NCBI GenBank assembly: GCA_001179505.1
Contig: CDMY01000759.1
Location: forward strand, 186,001-250,000
DNA: 64,000 bases
From: Vitrella brassicaformis CCMP3155
Taxonomy: Eukaryota > Protista > Chromerida
Direction: 5' to 3'
Both the position numbers and the translations under genes were made by a program. The notes beneath the pieces were generated by a model, which searched no databases, was not told the origin of the DNA, and saw only the letters and a list, made by a program, of their open reading frames with translations. Of this stretch, positions 48,059 to 59,576 are shown piece after piece (position 1 is the first letter of the stretch; every line of letters begins with the position of its first letter).

Positions 48059-49129
48059 TGTATACCGACTGTCTGTATGTCTGTCTGTCTGTCCACCTGT
48101 GTCTCTCTTCCTTTGCGTGTGTGTGTCAGTATGGCGACAGCGACTCTGTCTTCCAATCCCACTCTCGGCGGGCGACCCACCTGGGCAACCACCACCACCA
48201 GCACCCCCACCACCACCCCCACACACAGACGGCCTCCCACGCGTCAGATGACGCCTACGACGCCATGCTCACCCCGCCGCCCACATCCGTCCTCTCTCGG
48301 TGCGCAAACCGCCGGACGACAGACCATCATCAAGAGGCCCACGCGGCGGCCTCTCCCTCTCCCTCTCCCCTGCCCATGACAAGGGAAACCAGCGACGGCC
48401 TCCCCAACCACAACAATCACCATCCACACACCCACCACCACCACCACCACTATATACAGGAGGGCGACAGCCACTGGTTCCAGGGGCGGCGGTGGCGCAA
48501 CCAGTCGATGAAGGACCAGGTGATCGAGGTGGTGGCGCTGCGGAGCCTCGTCCACTTCTCCCAATGCCATGTGAGGGTCCACACACACACACGCACACAC
48601 ACACACACACACATGCCCCCCCCGACCTAAGGATGCGCACGCACACGTGTGTGTGCAGGTTGGGATGAACGACCCCGTCAGAGTGTGCCAGGGCCGCGAC
48701 ATCAAGATCCACATACCCAGAGAGGTGGGGTACCGTACCACCCACACACCCCTTGATGACCACACGCATACTCCTGCGCCCATCACACCAATGATTGCAA
48801 TCACGATTTATCTATCAGATGGCGTTCCAAGTGGACGGCGAGCCCCGCATGGTGAAGGCGGGCGTGCTGCACATCAAACCCAAGTGCGAGTCCTTCATGC
48901 TCAGCCCCGCGGAGCCCCTCTCGCCCTCTCTCCAGGACTCATTCAAAGTCGTCAACCAGGTGCTCTCTTCCCCCTCCCCCATCCACCCTCCCACACACGA
49001 CGATGGATCGGTGTGTGTGGTGTGTGTATGTCTGTGTGTGTGAAGGTGTTGGACTGGGCTGTGCACGAGAGCGTCATCTCCCACGGGCAGCGGAACACGC
49101 TGCTGAGGGAGTTCTCCAGGAAGATGTGA
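43304..49129 (+). CDS. Diacylglycerol kinase (N-terminal TM, two C1 domains, catalytic and accessory domains); gap 46625-46924 falls in an intron
   Basis: C1a HQWNVF...PKYCNVC...WECQVCGRCAHHNC; C1b HVWVEGNL...CAVC...LRCLWCNRTIHEEC; PVLVFVNAKSGGQLG; VCGGDGTIGWV; GTGNDLARVLGWG; FNNYMDVG; LEGIILVNIPFFAGG; QVDGEP. Confidence 0.93.
46625..46924. other. Assembly gap (300 N)
   Basis: N run flanked by G runs. Confidence 1.
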
Positions 49130-50248
49130 CGGCACGTGATGTGACATCACGTGTACACACGTGATACAGACACACGGATGATATTCGGCTGCTGGTGGTG
49201 TTTGCTGTGGGAGAGGGTGCGGAGGGAGAAGAGGGAGGGTGGGTGAGGGAGGCATTTTCTGTCTAGCCATGCCATGCGATTCCATGCGATGATGCCTTTA
49301 TGCCTCGCGCTCGCCGCTGCTGCTGCTGTTGGGTTGGGTGTGGTGTGTACTATCCATGTACAGCTAGCTGGACGGCCATGGCCTGCAGACGTGCGTGTAT
49401 CTTATCGATTGGCGCGTGAGTGTGTGTGTGTGATGAGACAAACGCGTCGCTCATTCGTCCGTCCCTCCCTGTCTGTCTGTGTGTATTTGTTAGATGGAAG
49501 GAAAGACGGATTGATGGCTGGCTGGCTGGCTGGGATGGATGGATGGATGAGTGAATGCATGATTCATTGACTCACTCATTCAACGGCAGGCGGCAGAAAG
49601 GAAAGGAAGATGCACCCACCCTCCCTCCCGCCCGCCCATCTGTTCATCTGTTCATCACTCGAGCGTCGTCACGTCGGTCGGTGTCAGCACCCTAGTCCCT
49701 ACTCATCTTACCTTACCTAGAGGATCAGCAGTACGTCTGGCCGTCCAACCCCCCTCAGCAGCATCACTCCATTACTCACGCAGGCAACACGCAGGCAGGC
49801 AGAAACTAGCGAACGAGGCGAAAGGAAAGTCACGCAGGCAAGAATGCATGCATGTGGGTGCACGGAGATCCGGGGCCCGCCCCCAAAATAATCGAGGTGG
49901 TGGCTAGGTGGCACCTCGTGTGTGTGTGTGTGTGTGTGTGTCTTCGCATCTCCCCCACCACCCACGCCACACCACCCCGGCGCAAGAGATGTCGATCCTC
50001 GAGCAGGGGCGGTGACGACGTGGAGACAAAATGCGAAAATACAACACGCGTGGTGGTTGTGGTCGCCTGGCTGGCTGGCTGGCTGGCTGACGGATGACTG
50101 TGCGTCTGCGCGTACCTCCCCTCCCCCCTCCCCTTAACCCTTCCCCCGGTCGGTTTTGCTTCCATTCCTTCTTCTTCGTAGTATATTTAATTTACACACC
50201 CGCTTCCTTCTGTGTGTGGTCGACCCCCTCCCCCCCTCCCCCCCCCCC

Positions 50249-50548
50249 NNNNNNNNNNNNNNNNNNNNNNNNNNNNNNNNNNNNNNNNNNNNNNNNNNNN
50301 NNNNNNNNNNNNNNNNNNNNNNNNNNNNNNNNNNNNNNNNNNNNNNNNNNNNNNNNNNNNNNNNNNNNNNNNNNNNNNNNNNNNNNNNNNNNNNNNNNNN
50401 NNNNNNNNNNNNNNNNNNNNNNNNNNNNNNNNNNNNNNNNNNNNNNNNNNNNNNNNNNNNNNNNNNNNNNNNNNNNNNNNNNNNNNNNNNNNNNNNNNNN
50501 NNNNNNNNNNNNNNNNNNNNNNNNNNNNNNNNNNNNNNNNNNNNNNNN
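50249..50548. other. Assembly gap (300 N)
   Basis: N run flanked by C runs. Confidence 1.
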
Positions 50549-52070
50549 CCCCCGTTGCCCTTTACTGGGACAGTTATGTGTGTGTGTATGTATGTGTGTA
50601 TGAGTGGAAAGGCAAGACAAGAATGTGTGTGTCTTAAGAAGACAGGGCAAAACAGCAACACAACAGCAACGAAACACAGAAAGCAAGAAAGCAGCAAGGC
50701 AAAGTTAGGGAGTGGGAGTTAGTGAGTGAGTTAGTTGGCTGCAGGCAGGTGAGGGGAAACATATCTGCTGCACACGCACGCACGCACGCACGCACGCAGG
50801 GAGGGAGGTTAAGGTTCACTTCACGCAGCACCCATTGCATGCATTGTGTACGCGTGTACGCACATCACATGCACACCACCTACCAATCTGTCCACTCCAC
50901 GCACTCACACTCGAGCACCGGACTCACACCCGAGCAGAGCACCGGACCGGTATTAAGAGTAGTAGAGAAGTTTTCCCTCTATGTATGGGTGTACTGTGTG
51001 GGTGTGTGTGGCTGTGTTGTGGGTGGTTGGGTGGATGCACCAGGTAGCGTAGCGTGTGTGGGTGTTGTGTGGTGTGGGTGTGGTGTATACGGTAGGTAGG
51101 CAGGTAGGCAGTGAGTGAGTAACGGCTATACAAGGGGCTGTCAACATGCATTGTATGTATTGTGTGTGTTGTTATGAATCAATCAATCGTGCAGACATTA
51201 ACTTGACAAAAAGCTGTCTGTCTGTCTGTCTGTCTGCCACCCAGCCAGTCAGCGATTGTCGTCCTACGTGCGCAGCGTAATAAAAATCATCCACACCACA
51301 CACTCCTGCCCTCCCCCACTCAGAAAGGCGCCCACATAAAGGCAAGTAGGTACTCTGTCGACAACTTGATTGACCTGTTCCCCCACCCATTCCCCCAGCC
51401 ACCCATCCTTTCTCGGACACGACTAAGAGAAAATGGTGTCCTCTTCCTTCTGTGGTGGGTGGGGGGGGGAGGGGAGGGGCCTGCCTGCTTGTTTGTCGTC
51501 CTTTCCCTCCCTCTCTCTCTGTCTGTCAACTTTCAATTAGATAGACGGACGAGCGCACCTCTGTCTGTCTGACTTTCTGTCTGTCTCACAGGCTACACAC
51601 GCGAAAATCAAGGCACTTGCTGGACTGGACATGAACCCAAACTCATCCACCCCCCCACCCACCCCCACCGGTCACACCGGTCCCTTGAGGCAGCCAAACG
51701 AAAAGAGGGAGGCCTCTCCCTCACTCACTGATTCGTCCATTCCTTCGTTGCTTCATTGCTGCTGCGCTGCCAGCCGAAGCCGGCTAAATGATCACAACCA
51801 CAGCATGAGCACTCGCATCCATCAGGCAGGAAAGGGCAGGAAAGGGCAGGGCAGGGCAAGGCAGTCAGTCAGGCACCGAGACAAGCGTACGCAACGTTGT
51901 ACGTACATAGCATACACACACAGAGAGAGAGAGAGATGTGGGAGGGAGGGCATCGGTCGGTCAGGATGGATGGATGGATGGCATGACGCATCAATCAATC
52001 AATCAACCATGGCACGCAGCGCAGCACCCACAACACGAAGGAACAAGCCAGCCTCCAGCCTCCCTCGCGC

Positions 52071-53802
52071 TCATTTGTTCTTGTTGAGCTCAACGGACAT
52101 CCTGACACACACCAAGACAGACAGACAGACAGACAGAGAGGGAGGTGTGTGTCGGTCCTCTTGTTGTTGCAACCCTTCACTGTATGTGTCTGTCTGTGGC
52201 GACCTGAGTATTTTGAGGCATGTGTAGAACTTGTCCCTTGAGTAGGTGTCCTTGAACCAAAAGTACAGCCGCGTCGCGCCCTCCTTGTCGACCTCTAGCC
52301 CTACCACCGCACACACACACACACACACGATAAGTGCGTTGACCACATGCAGCACAGACAACAAAGGCATCCGTCTGTCCCTACCGACGGTGTGCAGCGC
52401 GACGTCTTCTGGCAGCGATGAGACCTTCTTGTACACGTCAGCACCTTTGAAGATCGAACCAATCTGCACACACACACATAGTGCCCGTGTCCCCTGGCCG
52501 CTGGTGCGTGCGCGCGTGTGTGTGTGTGTGGGGGGGGGGGGGGGNNNNNNNNNNNNNNNNNNNNNNNNNNNNNNNNNNNNNNNNNNNNNNNNNNNNNNNN
52601 NNNNNNNNNNNNNNNNNNNNNNNNNNNNNNNNNNNNNNNNNNNNNNNNNNNNNNNNNNNNNNNNNNNNNNNNNNNNNNNNNNNNNNNNNNNNNNNNNNNN
52701 NNNNNNNNNNNNNNNNNNNNNNNNNNNNNNNNNNNNNNNNNNNNNNNNNNNNNNNNNNNNNNNNNNNNNNNNNNNNNNNNNNNNNNNNNNNNNNNNNNNN
52801 NNNNNNNNNNNNNNNNNNNNNNNNNNNNNNNNNNNNNNNNNNNNGGGGGGGGGGGGGGGGCACTTACGTCCCTCATGAGATACTCGACAGCGGACTCCTC
52901 ATCGCCATCCATCGACGGGTTGAGCTTCAACTTCTGCACACACACAGTGGGTGGAACACAGAGTGGCGGACGCTCTCCGTGTGTGTGTGCGAAGAGGCGG
53001 ACCGATAGGTAGCGGTCCATGTAGAGGTGCTGGGGGGTCTTCTCGCCTGTGTGGGGGTTGAGGAGGGTGCACTTCATGCCAGCCACGGCCTCCTTGGCGA
53101 AATCCTTGACCAACTTCTGCAGACGCGCCTTCTCCCTCTCCTACTCAAACACACCACAGACACAACAAAGCCAACAATACGACCACACACATGATGTTTT
53201 TGTGCGTGTCTGTGTGGGTGGCGATACTTTCTCCTCTGGCGTCAGGGATGATGCTCTTGATGTGGTCGACCGTGCGCTGGCGGCTCGGCCCTCGGCCTCA
53301 GACTCAACACCCTCTGCACACACACACACACACACAGAGCCACACGACCACACACAGAGTTACACATATAGTAAACAGATCACACCCAGAGGTTGAGTGC
53401 GCGTGTGCGCACCGTCATTATGGCTCGAAAGCATACCCCGATTGGACACCGCCGACTGCCCGAGCGCACCCTCGCTGAAGTGAGAAGCTGACCAACCGAC
53501 ACACACACACACACATCGATGTTGTGTTGAGCGTTAACACACCCCCGCCCGCTCCCTCATTTGTGTCTGTCTGTCTCTAGTTTGGCGTGTGTGTCAGCCT
53601 CACTGGTGCCCTCCGGCAGGTTGCTCTGTCCATGTGGCTGTTGGCTGGCCTGCTGGCTCTCGATGAGGCGTTTCTTCATGAGCGCATTGTTATTGAACTC
53701 GTCCGTGTGCAGCCCCACCGTGGGCAGCGCCGCCTTGAAGGGCTCCTCGTGGACGCCCCACGACTGCTCGCAGCAGCCGCAAAAAATGTTGCGGAAGGCC
53801 AT
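52071..53802 (-). CDS. Alveolate ISP-like (IMC sub-compartment-like, predicted PH-fold) protein with N-terminal Cys cluster; gap 52545-52844 falls in an intron
   Basis: MAFRNIFCGCC start; spliced EKARLQKLVKDFAKEAVAGMKCTLL..., IGSIFKGADVY..., LYFWFKDTYSRDKFYTCLKILR|MSVELNKNK*. The family assignment is from recollection of alveolate pellicle proteins and is tentative. Confidence 0.55.
52545..52844. other. Assembly gap (300 N)
   Basis: N run flanked by G runs. Confidence 1.
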
Positions 53803-54010
53803 CGACCCGGACGGTGCTGCCTCTTCTCCCTCTGCTCTCTCGCAGAGACGAACACAAAAGGGTGGGAAACCGATTTCCACCGGGCTGCTATCGGCCTGCC
53901 ACAACTCCTCTATGCTGGCGACTCAGTTGCTTCGCTCTTGGCTCACGGCGTTAGAATGCCAAGCTCGCAAAGGAGGAAACGGGCGAAGGGGGAGGGAGGC
54001 AGGAACTTTC

Positions 54011-54305
54011 TGAAGACACACGCCCACACTGGTACATAAAGAAGGGATGAATCATCCCTCTTGCTCTGCCTGCAAATGCATTCTGCGTGTGTCTGTGTCC
54101 CTTGCTGTTGCGTCGTGCAGCCGTCGAAGGTCGGTGTCGGTGAGCCCTTCCTGACACGTCCTATCGACTTCAACAAACCAGGGCCCTTCAGACGGTGAGC
54201 CACAAAGCCGCCACCAACAATCAAGGAGGATGAAACCCGTTCATTCACTCATTCGTTTCTCTGTCTGTCTGCCTTCTGATGCAGTCTGTATCTGAAGAAG
54301 TACTA
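54011..54305 (+). pseudogene. Degenerate inverted copy of the last two exons and introns of the orphan gene at 60782-61561
   Basis: Aligns by eye to the reverse complement of about 60805-61105 (e.g. ccgtcgaaggtcgg.gtcggtgagcccttcctgacac; ctatcgacttcaacaaaccagggcccttcaga; ctgtatctgaagaagtacta). It ends in an early TAG. Confidence 0.7.
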
Positions 54306-54336
54306 GCAGTCGTCTTCTCGCGAACTCCCTCCCGCC

Positions 54337-55227
54337 ATGGGAGCCTACTGCAGTTGCTGTCCCTCGGCGCCGACCATTGGCCCGTCGCGCGCCGTTGCTT
54401 CGCTTTTTGACGAGAGCGGAGAGCGTCCGTCCGCATGTGGACGCTTTACGGCTGTCCGCCTGTGCTCTGCCAAGCACCCCCACTTCGCTGCTGCCGCGGA
54501 GACGCTGGCTCGCGCCTTTTGCGGCAGCGAGAAGACCAACCCGGACCCAGCGACCGGCTGGGTATACAGCGGAACGTGTGATTCCCTGTTGGCTCCCCTT
54601 CCCGGCCCGCCGTCGGAGAAGCGTTTGCAGTGGTTCCGCTGGCTCACCAGGATGGCCATGCACTGGGCTCTGCAGAGAGGCGGTGCCTATGCGCTGCTGG
54701 ACCGGGCGGAAGGAGTCGTCGTTGCCGTCACTCTTGTGAGTCCGCCGGGTGCGCCCTCGGTCGATGAGCTCGGGTTCTGTGGGGAGCTGGGTCTCATTTG
54801 CAAGGCCGGGCTTCCGCCGTTTTCGACGGATAGCGAGCGTACGGGAGCGGAGTTCGGCAGCTGTATGGATCGCATGCGGACATTGGAGACGACGCTGGTC
54901 AAGGCGCACAACGAACTAGAGGCTGAAGCGGCAGGGTCTGGCAAGAGCGGCGACCTTCACGTCGCCATGGTGGCCGCCGACCCACAGAGGCAGGGACAAG
55001 GCGTCGGCTCCGCTCTGCTCCAGCTCGTCTCGGATATCGCCGATGCCGATGCGGTGTCTGCGCACCTCGAGACGCTTGGAGAGCGCAACGAAGGCTTTTA
55101 TGCCAAGAAGGGGGGGTATCGGCTGGCAAAGAGGGTGGTCGTGCAGCATAAGAACTGTAGGCTGGATCTCGACGGCGGCATTGCGTTGATGGTGAGGCCG
55201 GCGAAGTGCCGAGCCGAGTCTAGCTAG
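54337..55227 (+). CDS. Intronless GNAT N-acetyltransferase with predicted N-myristoyl/palmitoyl anchor (copy 1)
   Basis: 296-aa ORF starting MGAYCSCC; motif A LHVAMVAADPQRQGQGVGSALL; motif B HLETLGERNEGFYAKKGGY; N-terminal AETLARAF as in puromycin-acetyltransferase-like GNATs. Confidence 0.85.
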   Translation: MGAYCSCCPSAPTIGPSRAVASLFDESGERPSACGRFTAVRLCSAKHPHFAAAAETLARAFCGSEKTNPDPATGWVYSGTCDSLLAPLPGPPSEKRLQWFRWLTRMAMHWALQRGGAYALLDRAEGVVVAVTLVSPPGAPSVDELGFCGELGLICKAGLPPFSTDSERTGAEFGSCMDRMRTLETTLVKAHNELEAEAAGSGKSGDLHVAMVAADPQRQGQGVGSALLQLVSDIADADAVSAHLETLGERNEGFYAKKGGYRLAKRVVVQHKNCRLDLDGGIALMVRPAKCRAESS

Positions 55228-56037
55228 CTGCCATCCCATTACACTGCCGAGGGCGTCGACGGCAGGTCAGCCAATCTGAGTGATACATCGTTGGTGGAGG
55301 CCAGGAATGCAGCCTCGCTCCAGCATTCATGAGTCACTCAGATTGGCTGACCTGCACGCGTCTAGCTGCTCATTCCTTCGTCATGCTTCATGAGGACCGA
55401 CAACGTATCGTTCTTGAAGGACGATTCATCGCTGTCGTTGCTTACGCCTGGACAATTGTGATGGACGAGCCAAGGGTGTCTGCTGTAGACCAGCCACTCG
55501 GCAAAGGAGGTGCCGCCCATGATCGAGTTCTGCGCGAAGGCAATGTATTCAGAGGTATGAAGCACGGTGCATCATCATGGTTCCGGGCAATAGGGTGGGG
55601 TAGTTTACACAAAGAAAGGGGCGCCCCGTCCACAGACACATAGCGACAGGGGTGAAAAAAGGGCTCATCCAGGCAGGCAGGCACACTGAATGGCTGCATG
55701 GCATGCAGAACACGCACACACGGTCGCTCATGACAAAAACGAGGGCATCGAGTTTGTGCCGCCTCGCAGGAGACAGAGGTGGAGACATACAGAGAGAGAG
55801 AGAGAGACCTCATGCACACCCACACCACACCCACACACACATACGCGCCGCACCCACCCCGACACAGACACCTCGCACCACACACCACACACAGAGGTCC
55901 TCACATCAAACTGACTGACTGACTGTCGCATACCATGATGTGTTCCGCATACACCCAGGTCACCTCACCTCGACGTCTAAAGGTGTGCCTCACCTCACTC
56001 ACTCAGTGCATACAGCACCCCGCCCCATCCCCCTCAC

Positions 56038-57238
56038 TCACCACACCCTGCATCTGTGTGGCTGTTTGCCCTTGAGCATGGCGTGGGTCTTGGCCTGACA
56101 GAAGGCCTCGTCGAAGGGCTCAAAGTTATCCAGTGAGCCCTTGACACGGAACTCGCCGGGCGAATGGGGGTCGTTCTCCACTCGCCTGTTTCAGACACAC
56201 ACACACACACACAGAGGGAGAGGGAGAGGGAGAGAGATGGTGTGTGTCGGGGGCGCAGTGGTGTGGTGTGCTGTGGTGTGTGTTGACCAGAGAGTGAGTG
56301 CACTCGCTGACGCACCTACCTTCTGAGTGTCTCGGGTGTCTGCTTTGAGCACCATAGCTGTGCGAATGAGAGGAAGAATAGCTGCTGCGCCGTGTAGGGC
56401 AGCCCGGGAAGGGGCCGGTGCGACAACGCCTCCTCGCCCTCCGCCTTCAACAAAGCTCTGCAGTGCACCACCACACACACACACACCACAGCCCACACAG
56501 CAAACCACACGCGCCTGGTGCACATCCGGGTGTCTGTGTCTGTGTCGGTGTGTGAGCGTGCCTGTATGCGAGTCGCAGTCCGCCGTTGTCGGCGATGTTT
56601 TCGCCGAGCGTGAGGTTGCCGTTGAGATGGATGCCGCCGGGGATGGCGAAACTCCCATACTGAGACGCCACACAATGGGTCGACGCCCGAAACTTATCCT
56701 GAGCGGTGAGAGTTACCACACACAGCACAGAGACGGAGGCGTGGCGTGGTGTCTCGGGGGTCAGTCACTTGATGACACACAAGGAAATCTCTGACTCACT
56801 GACCTTTGACGTCTGAGACCACCAGGACACGAGCTTCCCCTGCCCGTCGAAAGACGACCCCGAGTCGTCAAACGCATGGGTCAGCTCGTGGCCAATCACC
56901 GCACCCAACGCGCCATAGTTCACAGCCTGGCCATGCACACAATACACCACACACACGACCATTCACACCAACCACAGACACACAGCTTGCAGCCCTTTGT
57001 CTCTCCCCCAAGAAGCCACCCACCCTGAGGGCGCGGATTTCGTTTCTCCTGGCTGTGTCGCTGTTTTCGTTGCCGACGTTGAGGAAAGGCGGCTGCAGAA
57101 TGGAGGCGGGGAAGACGATCTCGTTGAGGTCGGGCGAGTAGTAGGCGTTGACGTCGATGGGCGTCATCCCCCACAGAGAACGGTCCTCGGGCCGGTGCAG
57201 CTTCGAGTAGCTGAACCGATGCTGTTGGCACGCGCACA

Positions 57239-57272
<34 letters not shown>

Positions 57273-59276
57273 TGACAAGAGGGTGGGTGTGGGTGTGGGT
57301 GGTGGGTGGTGGGTGCGGTGCGTACAGATTGTTTGTTGAGGTGGGCGGTTCCGCTGAGAAGGCTTTTGAGTTTGGCCGGCTGTGGGTTGCCGTAGAATCG
57401 CGCGAAGTAGAGGTGCTCGTCCTTGCTGAGCAGCCAGTCGGGGTAGCCCACCTTGGCCGTGATCTCGCTCTCCTTGTCCAAAGCCTTCTGTCTGCAGACA
57501 AGGGGAATACCCACACACACCACAGACAGACAGACAGACAGACAGAGTGAGAGAGGTCGAAGGAGGGATGCACGCGACCCTGCGCGTGTCTCTCTCTCTC
57601 TCTGTTTGTTTGTTCGTTTACTTGGTGTCTTTGTCCATCCACTCTATCTCCGCCAAGTTCTCGCGGAAGGCCTCGCGGATGCCGCTCATTATCTCCAACG
57701 CGAGCGTCTGCACAGTACAGCCACCCGAACAGCACAATGAGTCCATCCATCCATCCCATCCTTGGACTGGATGCACACACACACACACTCATTCTCATTC
57801 TCACCTTCCTCAGGGGATTGAAGTGGTGCCGGATGAAGTTGCGACTCAATATCTGACAATCCCTCCCCACACCCACCACCCAATGGTACTCGCTCGTCGG
57901 TCTCTCTCTCTCTCTCTCTCTCTCCATCTCTATCTCTATCTCACCCATCCGACGGCGTCTGCTGTGGCGGACAGGCAAGTGCGCCATCTCGGGGGCGGGT
58001 CGGAGCCCGTCAGGATCTTCCGAAACGAGTGGAACTCCTTCCGCCACTCAGCCGACAACGAGCCGCCATACCTGCACACACACACACCAAACACCGTTTC
58101 TCCATCTCGTCGTGTGTTGTGTGTGCTGAGCCAATGGATGGCATACGCGCGCAGAGTGCGTGCGAGGAAGTAGTAGTGCAGGGTGGGCCTCTTGCGTCTG
58201 TCGCTGAGGTACTTATGGAGGAGGGCGTTAAGTTTGGTGAGATGGGGGCGGCTCTGGATGAGCACCTCGGCGTCGGGCGTAAAGGCCTCGGCGAGCTCCT
58301 CGTCGCTCAGGGAGAGGTCATCCTTGTCCGCAAACACCTTGTAATACGCTAAACAGACACACACACAGAGATCGATCTCTCCCTCTCTCTCTCTCTGGGG
58401 GGGGAGGTTTCATGGTCCCTCGCTGACCATTCCAATCGAAGACGGGCATCCACTCCTGTATTGCTGACAGGTTGCTCGAGAAAGTGGTGTTCCAGGGGTC
58501 CCTCTGCTGCTCGGGCGACAGATGGATCCCATGCAGCTGCCTCTCGAACTCCACCACACCCTCAGCTACGCGCGTGTAGTTGACCTCCGAAGCGCTGTCC
58601 TCCCCCCGACGCACCCTCTCGTCGATGGTGGCGTAGGTGTCATTGGTCGTGTCGATGAGAGAAGCGGCCGGCGGCTGCTGTGTCGGGAGAGAGAAGGGGG
58701 AGGGGAGGGAGGCATTGTGGGCGGAGGGGAGGGCCTCGAAGAAGAGTCGGAAGAGGGTGGCGAGGTGGCGCGTGTAGGCAGCAAGGATGTCTGGCTGGAA
58801 GTAGTGGGAGTAGCTGAGCCCCAGGCCGCCCTGCGCCACGCCGAGGGTGTTGTTGTGCGAGGGGTGGAGGTTGTTGTAGGTCACCCCGGCTGTCAGCACC
58901 CCCTCCACCCCCCACCGATGAAGGTGCGCCATCCGCACACTCAGCCCCTGCCCCTCCCCCTCTCTCCCTCTCACCATGCCCTCGTCCGCCTCGATCTCGC
59001 CCGGCCACAGCAGCAGAAACCCCAGTTCGGGCTGCTTGCTGAGGAAGTTCAGCAGGGGGGCCGCCCCGAGAGAGTCAAGCTTGTCGGTGTCCATGCAGGC
59101 CTGGTAGTAGCAGTGGAGCATCCCGTCCCAGCCGTCAGTCGCGTAGTGGGTGGCGGCGGCGCTTTTGGCTTTGATGACCGTCGTGCTGGTCTTGCCACCG
59201 CCGCTGGGAGAGGGGCTGTGCGAAGGGCTGGTGGTGGTGCCGCTGCTGCTGCACTGGCCGGACTCTAACAGATCCT
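56038..59276 (-). CDS. M13 family zinc metallopeptidase (neprilysin/ECE-like); 5' end lost in gap
   Basis: [99 protein letters not shown], terminal CRVW*. Confidence 0.93.
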
Positions 59277-59576
59277 NNNNNNNNNNNNNNNNNNNNNNNN
59301 NNNNNNNNNNNNNNNNNNNNNNNNNNNNNNNNNNNNNNNNNNNNNNNNNNNNNNNNNNNNNNNNNNNNNNNNNNNNNNNNNNNNNNNNNNNNNNNNNNNN
59401 NNNNNNNNNNNNNNNNNNNNNNNNNNNNNNNNNNNNNNNNNNNNNNNNNNNNNNNNNNNNNNNNNNNNNNNNNNNNNNNNNNNNNNNNNNNNNNNNNNNN
59501 NNNNNNNNNNNNNNNNNNNNNNNNNNNNNNNNNNNNNNNNNNNNNNNNNNNNNNNNNNNNNNNNNNNNNNNNNNNN
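59277..59576. other. Assembly gap (300 N) hiding the 5' ends of both the M13 peptidase and GNAT copy 2
   Basis: Both flanking ORFs point away from the gap and lack starts, so the true gap is probably longer than 300 bp. Confidence 1.
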
